From Macrostomum lignano (lineage: Eukaryota): a stretch of 17,747 bases of DNA. Location: the NCBI GenBank assembly GCA_002269645.1, contig NIVC01000451.1, positions 1 through 17,747 on the forward strand, written 5' to 3'. The stretch's first letter is position 1; each line of letters opens with the position of its first letter. Of this stretch, positions 1 through 8,200 are shown one piece after another. The position numbers and the translations under genes are program-made. The notes beneath the pieces were generated by a model. The model was given only the letters and a program-made list of their open reading frames with translations, ran no database searches and had not been told where the DNA came from.

Positions 1-105
1 AATTATTTCATTAATTAAACTTGGCATTGTTGAAAAAAATATGAATTTAAAACAACAACAACAACAAGCAGCCAAATCAAGCCAAGAAGAAATGAAACAC
101 CAATA

Positions 106-115
106 TTTATTTATT
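106..115 (-). terminator. Polyadenylation signal (two overlapping AATAAA) for RRP15
   Basis: Minus strand reads AATAAATAAA about 37 nt after the stop at 152, followed by T/GT-rich downstream sequence and no genomic poly(A) tract. Confidence 0.55.
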
Positions 116-151
116 AATAATGGTTATGATTATGATTATGAGCACACAGAA

Positions 152-1005
152 TCAGTCATCCTCATCCATTGGCTGCTCTGCATCCGAGGAGCCGCGCGGA
201 GGACTCGCGGTCCCAGTCCTTCATGCTCAGCGTGGGCTTCACCAAGTAGTCCTCGACAGGGCGCCCCACGACTTCTTCGCTTTCTTCTTCTGCTGCCGAT
301 CTTCTTCCGCAGAAGAAGACTCATTGTTGCCAGATTTGGATTTCGCTTTGTCTGTCGCCTTCCGCCGGCCGGCCAGCATGTCGAGGAAGTCGCCGCGCGA
401 CAGCGAGCTCAGCACCCGCTGCCTGCCCGCCTCCGAGCGCCCGGCCAGCCGTGACTCCAGCGAGCGCTGCTGCGCCCTGACGGCGTTGAACAGCTGCACA
501 ACTCCGCGGCAGGCGATTCGCTCCAGCTGGCGCTCCGCCTCGCGCTCGTTTGGCGCCGACAGCGGCTTGCGGCGCCCGCGCATAGCCAACGACGCCTCTC
601 AGCCGTCAGTTTCCTGCGCCGGCGGCCCAGATCGACATTGGAGTCCTCGGCGGCGTCGCCGGTGTCGGCAGTGGCGTTGGCGGCGGCCGGGGAGAACCGC
701 TGGCGGTCGGTGAGCGCCTTGGCCAGGATGGGGCAGGCGGGGGCGCGGGTCTGCAGCAGCAGGCCGCGGATGACGTTGGCCAGTCCGGCCGTTCCGCTCG
801 CCTCCGCGGATTTGCGCTTGCCGCGGGCCTTCGACTGGCCGGCGGCCGGCTTCTGCCGATCCGAGGAGGCGTCGCTGTCGCTGGCGATGTCCTCGACTTC
901 CTCCGCGTTGTCGTCTTCTTCGAGGTCCTGCTCTATCGTGACGCGAACCGCGGCCTGCGGCTGCTTTGAAGCGGCCGACGGCTTGGCTGAGGCGGCGACT
1001 CGCAT
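152..1005 (-). CDS. RRP15: RRP15-like ribosome biogenesis protein, single coding exon, interrupted by 2-3 single-base frameshifts (about 586, 256 and probably 195); assembly errors or a disabled copy
   Basis: Joining frames gives MRVAASAKPS...acidic tract...GLANVIRGLLLQTRAPACPILAKAL...ERRRW/AMRGRRKPLSAPNEREAERQLERIACRGVVQLFNAVRAQQ...LSRGDFLDML...KKSWGAL/EDYLVKPTLSMKDWDRESS/SSDAEQPMDEDD*. This matches the RRP15 motifs W-x-M-x-R-x-KP, IATRGVVQLFNAV, KxDF and W-x2-L-x-DD...MKDWD. ATG at 1005-1003 is preferred over 1050, which lies in the GATT repeat. Without the third shift the stop is at 162. Confidence 0.85.
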
Positions 1006-1020
1006 TGCTGGATTGAGGAG

Positions 1021-1330
1021 TGAGTGATTGACAGATTGATTGATTGACATATTGAACTAATTGACTGATTGATTGACAGATTGAACAGATTGGTTGATTG
1101 ACAGATTAAACTGAGTGATTGATTGATTGATTGGTTGATTGATTGACAGATTCAACTGAGTGATTGACAGATTCAACTGAGTGATTGACAGATTTAACTG
1201 AGTGATCAATGGATTGGTTGATTGACTGATTGATTGATTGACAGACTGATTTCATTGATAGGTTGATCACCAGAACTGATTTGACAAATTAAATTGATTA
1301 GTTGATTGATTGATAGATTTAATTTATTGA
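1021..1330. repeat. Degenerate (GATT)n / GATTGACA microsatellite between CYB561D2 and RRP15
   Basis: Runs of gattgatt, gattgaca and gattcaactgagt visible throughout. Confidence 0.9.
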
Positions 1331-1435
1331 TTAACTGATTTACAAACATATAGCCTAATTAAACCCAAATTGAAAATGGTAATTAAAAAAAACTGAAATC
1401 TCGTTCTTAACTTATCAAAGTTCATTTCAGCAGCC

Positions 1436-1441
1436 TTTATT
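1436..1441 (-). terminator. Candidate polyadenylation signal for CYB561D2
   Basis: Plus-strand tttatt (AATAAA on minus) about 200 nt downstream of the stop at 1639. Confidence 0.4.
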
Positions 1442-1638
1442 CTTATAAAATAGCTTATGTATTCTTTTTTGCTACTGAACTGAAAGTAGACAGCTGTTTT
1501 ACTAAGGATATATGCCTGAATGGCCTATCTACGAGACTAGTTATTTTAGTATCTGTGACCAATACTAACAATATGATTATTAATCAATTCCAACATTCAG
1601 AAACATGATGAAAAATCTAGCTATGCTTTTACAGTCGG

Positions 1639-2301
1639 TCACTTCTCCTTCTTAGCCCTGGCAGGCCTGCCGCTCGGCTTGCCGCTTGCAGCCTCCGCGC
1701 GCCCCTGCTGAGCGGTCAGCTTGGGCAGGTAGTGGTCGCACACCTGCTTGCACACGATGGAGCCCAGCATGAAGGCGGACACGAAGCAGGCGTACCAGGC
1801 TGTGCCAGTCACCTGCTTGCTGAACCAGTCGGACCACATGCCGCTAGCCAGGGCGGCGCAGGCGCAGGTGAACATGAAGGTGCCGCTGGTGGCGTGGTAC
1901 AGCTTCATGTCAGCGGGCCGGACTCCGCCCAGCTTCAGCCGGGTGCACACGCCGCCGATGCACTGCAGCAGCAGGTAGATGTTGCACAGGGCGCCAATCC
2001 AAGAGTGCCAGCTGGTCAGGTGCGGCCGGCCCTTCTCCTCCTTGCTGCGCCACACGAAGTAGCCGCCGGTTAAGGAGGCGCCCAGGGCCGCCCAGTTCAG
2101 CAGGGCGTGCGCGGTGGTCTGGCGTTCCCGGTTGCCAGCGAACAAAGACGACTGGCGGTTGAAGGACAGCACGCCTTGGAACAGCAGCAGGCCGAAGGCG
2201 ACCGACATGAGGGTTGGGTGCCAGCTGAATAGGCTGCTGCCCGGCTGGGCGATGTACACCAGGAAGCCCACCAGCAGGATGCACAGGAAGTGCGACACCA
2301 T
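1639..2301 (-). CDS. CYB561D2: Cytochrome b561 domain-containing transmembrane ferric reductase (CYB561D2/101F6-like), intact 220-aa single exon
   Basis: Motifs PGSSLFSWHPTLM, TAH, K-x3-G-x-P-H-L-T-S-W-H and KLYHATSG supply the four heme-ligand His. There are six hydrophobic segments and a C-terminal W-F-x3-VTG-x-AWY. About 20 aa shorter at the N-terminus than the vertebrate protein as I recall it; CAG acceptor 2 nt before the ATG. Confidence 0.92.
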   Translation of the reverse strand: MVSHFLCILLVGFLVYIAQPGSSLFSWHPTLMSVAFGLLLFQGVLSFNRQSSLFAGNRERQTTAHALLNWAALGASLTGGYFVWRSKEEKGRPHLTSWHSWIGALCNIYLLLQCIGGVCTRLKLGGVRPADMKLYHATSGTFMFTCACAALASGMWSDWFSKQVTGTAWYACFVSAFMLGSIVCKQVCDHYLPKLTAQQGRAEAASGKPSGRPARAKKEK

Positions 2302-2350
2302 GGCTGCGGGATGGGTGGGGCAGATTGGCTACGGTTGAAGGCTGCGCGGG

Positions 2351-3339
2351 GCAACTGAGGATCTGGGAGGCTGGCTCAGCAACTGACACTCTGGGAGGCT
2401 GGCCCAGCAACTGACACTCTGGGAGGCTGGCCCAGCAACTGACACTCTGGGAGGATGGCCCAGCAACTGAGAATCTGAGGGCTGGCCCAGCAACTGAGAA
2501 TCTGGGAGGCTGGCCCTGCAACTGACACTCTGGGAGGTTGGCCCAGCAACTGACACTCTGGGAGGCTGGCCCAGCAACTGACACTCTGGGAGGCTGGCCC
2601 TGCAAGTGGGGATCTGGGAGGCTGGCCCTGCAAGTGGGGATCTGGGAGGCTGGCCCTGCAACTGGGGATCTGGGAGGCTGGCCCAGCAACTGACACTCTG
2701 GGAGGCTGGCCCTGCAACTGGGGATCTGGGAGGCTGGCCCTGCAACTGACACTCTGGAGGCTGGCCCTGCAAGTGGGGATCTGGGAGGCTGGCCCTGCAA
2801 GTGGGGATCTGGGAGGCTGGCCCAGCAACTGAGGATCTGGGAGGCTGGCCCAGCAACTGACACTCTGGGAGGCTGGCCCTGCAAGTGGGGATCTGGGAGG
2901 CTGGCCCTGCAAGTGGGGATCTGGGAGGCTGGCCCAGCAACTGAGGATCTGGGAGGCTGGCCCAGCAACTGAGGATCTGGGAGGCTGGCCCAGCAACTGA
3001 GGATCTGGAGGCTGGCCCAGCAACTGACGCTCTGGGAGGCTGGCCCAGCAACTGACACTCTGGGAGGCTGGCCCAGCAACTGACACTTTGGGAGGCTGGC
3101 TCAGCAACTGACACTTTGGGAGGCTGGCTCAGCAACTGACACTCTGGGAGACTGGCCCAGCAACTGAGGATCTAGAAGGCTAGCCCAGCCCAGCAACTGA
3201 GGATCTGGGAGGCTGGCCCTGCAACTGACACTTTGGGAGGCTGGCCCAGCAACTGAGGATCTAGAAGGCTAGCCCAGCCCAGCAACTGAGGATCTGGGAG
3301 GCTGGCCTGGCAACTGGGAAACTGGTAGCCCAGCAACTA
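2351..3339. repeat. 28-bp minisatellite, about 35 copies
   Basis: Unit ctgggaggctggcccagcaactgacact, with variants ending ctgcaagtggggat or cagcaactgaggat; period 28 (e.g. 2401 and 2429). Confidence 0.95.
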
Positions 3340-4310
3340 AATGAGAAACAGTGAGACAAACATAATCTGAGTGACAAAGTGTCAGAAAAGATGTCAGCGG
3401 CATATAGCATAAAGACACATTTAATATCTGGGCAGTCGTGGTGAGCTGTGTAGGCATGCTAATCCACAATATCAGTGCATAAGCAGTGTGAAGAGCAAAG
3501 TGAAGAAGCGCCGCCGCAGCGGGTACATCTGAGTAAGACAGGGTATAACAAAGAGAATGAGTAAAGAATGGCATGCATAGCGCATTTGCACAATGCCCGT
3601 GAGCTGGGTTTAGTAGAGAATATTACAGCTAAGGAGAAATTGTACACAAAAATAGCTACAGACAGAAGCAATAAAACTGAATAAATCGTGAAAAATGAGG
3701 CCACAGGCTGGTTGTCAAATCAAAGCGAACTTGAATTCACTTCCATTCTACTGGCAGTAGCATTATAAAAGCCACCTTACTCTCTTATTGTGGTTAGAAA
3801 AGGAAAAAAAGACTGTAAAAAAGGGACAATAGACAGGTGAAAGTAAAAAAACTGATAAAACCAGGTATTGAACGGATTAGACTATGGAACTGGTTGTATC
3901 ACAATGCAATAAAAAAGTTCGCTAGTAGAGTTTAAGAACAGTAGAGGCAGCTACGTGACGCGAATAACGCAAGGACTACTACTATCAGTAGTCTGACTGG
4001 ACTTTCACCAGGTCAGCGAGTTCGAATTCTGGTGCATTCTAGTCGAAATATTTCGGCCTTCAAAACAATTCCTAGAAACGAAAAACGTCTCTTATCTTAA
4101 TTTTAGCTCGTATTGGTCCCTGCAATCAATGTCGAGATAATTTGGAAAGGCACGAACAGAGAGACTGCATGCTGGGTGAGACTGAGAAATAATCAGTCAG
4201 ATTCTGATTCCCGATATGTTGTGTAGACCACTTTTTTTGAAGTTCAGATACAAACAGGGAAGAATTTTTTTCTTGCTGTATTCATGTTTAAATTCTCGGC
4301 TCTTTCGTAC

Positions 4311-4690
4311 GGGGAATTCCCCGGTTAGGTAGGTGGGCTTGGAATTCCTTGGCATGGGGAATTCCCCGGTTAGGTAGGTGGGCCTGGAATTCCTTGGCAT
4401 GGGGAATTCCCCGGTTAGGTAGGTGGGCCTGGAATTCCTTGGCATGGGGAATTCCCCGGTTAGGTAGGTGGGCTTGGAATTCCTTGGCATGGGGAATTCC
4501 CCGGTTAGGTAGGTGGGCCTGGAATTCCTTGGCATGGGGAATTCCCCGCTTAGGTAGGTGGGCCTCGAATTCCTTGGCATGGGGAATTCCCCAGTTAGGT
4601 AGGTGGGCTTGGAATTCCCCGGTTCGATAGGCGGGCTAGGAATTCCTTGGCATGGGGAATTCCCCGGTTAGGTAGGTAGGCTAGGAGCTT
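4311..4690. repeat. 45-bp minisatellite, about 8 copies, downstream of the NHE stop
   Basis: Unit ggggaattccccggttaggtaggtgggcctggaattccttggcat starting at 4311, 4356, 4401, 4446, 4491, 4536 and 4581. Confidence 0.95.
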
Positions 4691-4907
4691 CTTGCAACGG
4701 GGGAAAGCAATTAATCGATACTGCAGGTAATCTCGGTGAGGGGGACATTATTTGTGTAGGAAAGAGAATTCCTCTGTAGGGAATATAATTCCTTTTTAAG
4801 CAGAAATTCTGAGTAGGGGGAATTTCCCAGATAGTTTGAAGAGTGCAGAGTCAAGGCAGGCATGACAGACAGACAGTTTCAGACCCGACTTCAGCCGGGC
4901 CATCGGC

Positions 4908-5214
4908 TCAGAACAGCACAGGCGAGGCCGCCCCGTTGTTGTCGGCGTCTCCGGTGGTGGCCACCTGCAGGGAGGCTGGCGCTGCCGGCCCCGCCTTGTT
5001 GACCTGGCCGCCTTCGCCCAGGCCGGCGAAGCTGTCGCTGTCTGGCGGCACTATCACGTCAGTGTCCTCCTGGCCGCCGGAGTACAGGTCCCGCTGCACA
5101 GCGGCCTGAGTCAGCTGCTCGGTGGTGGTGAGCAGGCGGGCCAGCGGCAGGCAGCAGCCGCTGCAGGTCTCCGTGAGCAGCGGCCGGGCGTTAGTGAGCA
5201 GCGGCTTCACGAAA
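4908..5214 (-). CDS. SLC9A6: NHE terminal coding exon (cytoplasmic tail)
   Basis: Acceptor ccgcag|t ttc gtg aag ccg; [36 protein letters not shown] matches the NHE6/7/9 tail motif; stop TGA at 4910-4908. Confidence 0.88.
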
Positions 5215-8200
5215 CTGCGGTGGAAATGCGGAGATGTGAGGGCTGATGAGACAGATTCTCAAGGACTGAGGCAGCGGAGAGGCAGATTCTCAAGGACTGA
5301 GGCAGCGGAGAGGCAGATTCTCAAGGACTGAGGCAGCGGAGAGGCAGATTCTCAAGGACTGAGGCAGCAGAGAGGCAGATTCTCAAGGACTGAGGCAGCG
5401 GAGAGGCAGATTCTCAAGGACTGAGGCAGCGGAGAGGCAGATTCTCAAGGACTGAGGCAGCGGAGAGGCAGATTCTCAAGGACTGAGGCAGCGGAGAGGC
5501 AGATTCTCAAAGACTGAGGCAGCGGAGAGGCAGATTCTCAAGGACTGAGGCAGCGGAGAGGCAGATTCTCAAGGACTGAGGCAGCGGAGAGGCAGATTCT
5601 CAAGGACTGAGGCAGCGGAGAGGCAGATTCTCAAAGACTGAGGCAGCGGAGAGGCAGATTCTCAAGGACTGAGGCAGCGGAGAGGCAGATTCTCAAGGAC
5701 TGAGGCAGCGGAGAGGCAGATTCTCAAGGACTGAGGCAGCGGAGAGGCAGATTCTCAAGGACTGAGGCAGCGGAGAGGCAGATTCTCAAGGACTGAGGCA
5801 GCGGAGAGGCAGATTCTCAAGGACTGAGGCAGCGGAGAGGCAGATTCTCAAGGACTGAGGCAGCGGAGAGGCAGATTCTCAAGGACTGAGGCAGCGGAGA
5901 GGCAGATTCTCAAGGACTGAGGCAGCGGAGAGGCAGATTCTCAAGGACTGAGGCAGCGGAGAGGCAGATTCTCAAGGACTGAGGCAGCGGAGAGGCAGAT
6001 TCTCAAGGACTGAGGCAGCGGAGAGGCAGATTCTCAAGGACTGAGGCAGCGGAGAGGCAGATTCTCAAGGACTGAGGCAGCGGAGAGGCAGATTCTCAAG
6101 GACTGAGGCAGCGGAGAGGCAGATTCTCAAGGACTGAGGCAGCGGAGAGGCAGATTCTCAAGGACTGAGGCAGCGGAGAGGCAGATTCTCAAGGACTGAG
6201 GCAGCGGAGAGGCAGATTCTCAAGGACTGAGGCAGCGGAGAGGCAGATTCTCAAGGACTGAGGCAGCGGAGAGGCAGATTCTCAAGGACTGAGGCAGCGG
6301 AGAGGCAGATTCTCAAGGACTGAGGCAGCGGAGAGGCAGATTCTCAAGGACTGAGGCAGCGGAGAGGCAGATTCTCAAGGACTGAGGCAGTGGAGAGGCA
6401 GATTCTGAGGCTGCGGAGGCAGATTCTCAAGGACTGAGGCAGTGGAGAGGCATATTCTCAAGGACTGAGGCAGCGGAGAGGCAGATTCTGAGGCAGCAAA
6501 CATAAAAAGCTCACTTCTTGTCAATCTTCCGCCATCCCAATGCAATGCAAGACCTGTCGCGCAGGCTCGGCTGGGAAGCCGCCTGTAAAAAATAAAAAAT
6601 ATGAAATTGCAGAGACAGACTAAACATTGGCATGACAAAAAAACTCAAAGAAATCGCAGTTACGAACCTCCCCTGTGGAGTCTTGCCGGTCAAGACGCTG
6701 ACGATTTGGTTCCTCTTCAACTCCAACTCTGCGATGCAAGTGAATATGAATTATGAGCGCGCAATGGTTAACAGTCATTGAGCATGGTACACACAGTATG
6801 CTCTTATGTACACTCAAATTCAGGACAGCTTGTGGAGGTGTTGACAGTCAGTTCTATTTGTACGCCCGTATTTGAAAACAAAGCAGAATGGGGTGTACCT
6901 GTGTACACCCTAACCTAGAACACGTTGAGTTGGCGATTTGCACCCCATAGCTAACTGACAGTTAAACTTAGGCGTCTTCTGAGCCTCTAAAAGTGTTCAA
7001 AGTGTGCTCAAGACGGCAGAAATCAATGATCTTAAATAGGTCGAGAGGTTCTGAACACAGAGCAGATGTTCTTGGATGGCTGATCTTTTAGTCCCATGAT
7101 CCTTGACCCCAGTGTACAGATGTATAAGTGTACAGATGTATAAGTGTACAGATGTATAAGTGTACAGATGTATAAGTGTACAGATGTATAAGTGTACAGA
7201 TGTATAAGTGTACAGATGTATAAGTGTACAGATGTATAATTGTACATATGTATAAGTGTACAGATGTATAAGTGTACAGATGTATAAGTGTACAGATGTT
7301 ATAAGTGTACAGATGTTATAATTGTACAGATGTATAAGTGTACAGATGTATAAGTGTACAGATGTATAAGTGTACAGATGTTATAAGTGTACAGATGTAT
7401 AAGTGTACATATGTATAAGTGTACAGATGTATAATTGTACAGATTTTATGAGTGTACAGATGTATAAGTGTACAGGTGTATAAGTGTACAGATGTATAAG
7501 TGTACAGATGTTATAAGTGTACAGATGTATAAGTGTACATATGTATAAGTGTACAGATGTATAATTGTACAGATTTTATGAGTGTACAGATGTATAAGTG
7601 TACAGGTGTACAAGTGTAAAGATGTACAAGTGAACAAGTGTACAGGTGTACAAGTGTACAAGGTTTTTTCCAACGCCACCTGCAGGAAGTGACCGAGGGA
7701 CACGAGACTGCAAGCAGAAGGACCCCCCTGGCCGCAGGCTTACTCAATGTGCATCCACTGCAGCATCTGGGTGGCGAGGCCGCCGCACACCAGCACGGTG
7801 ATCATGACCAGGATGAGAGTGGTAGAGAAGATGATCTTCCTGGCATCCGATGAGGTGTTCCGAATGGCCAGGGCGAACGCCATGGCGCCCCGCAGGCCGG
7901 AGAAGGCCAGCACGTGCATCCGGGACAGCCCGATGGCGCAGCCGCTGCGCCTGCGGCCAATATTGGCCAGGCCGCACAGGGGGTAGACGCACAGCACCCT
8001 GCCGATGATCATAGCCAGGAATCCCGCCACAATGAACACCGGGTCCCACAGGTGCGAGCTGTAGGTGAACACGCTGACCCCGATGTACACAAAGGTGAAA
8101 TTTTCAGCTAGAAAATTCAACAGGCCAAAGAATGACATTGTGGTGGCCTTGGACTCGTCAGACAGGTTGTTATAGGTGTAGTGCGCCTGGCAGATGCCGC

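Noticed and set aside
152-1005. RRP15 as a processed pseudogene
   Set aside because: No genomic poly(A) tail or TSD; it has a normal AATAAA with a T-rich downstream element, and the neighbouring intact gene is also intronless.
41-1027. Plus-strand ORFs (137, 197 and 129 aa), including a polyQ start
   Set aside because: Antisense shadows of GC-rich RRP15; the polyQ is an (AAC)n microsatellite in its 3' flank.
1910-3135. Long ORFs of 389, 268 and 243 aa (GQPPRVSVAGPASQ repeats)
   Set aside because: All three minus-strand frames are open because of the 28-bp array; no unique coding sequence.
3269-3704. Two hydrophobic ORFs that look like a frameshifted membrane protein or a CYB561D2 first exon
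   Set aside because: Hydrophobicity is explained by T-rich minus-strand composition. One has a non-ATG start, neither shows the GC3 bias of the real genes, and there is no recognisable motif.
3972-4040. tRNA-like stretch (ctggactttcaccagg...gagttcgaattct) resembling tRNA-Glu anticodon and T arms
   Set aside because: The anticodon and T stems do not pair properly, and there is no D-loop GG or acceptor stem. At most a SINE remnant; tRNAscan-SE and a copy-number search would settle it.
4197-4630. MPRNSRPTYLTGEFP repeat ORFs
   Set aside because: Translation of the 45-bp (15-codon) tandem repeat.
6891-6963. Short hairpins gggtgtac/gtacaccc and taactg/cagtta
   Set aside because: Arms of 6-8 bp are expected by chance in a window of this size; no TSD or partner terminus found.
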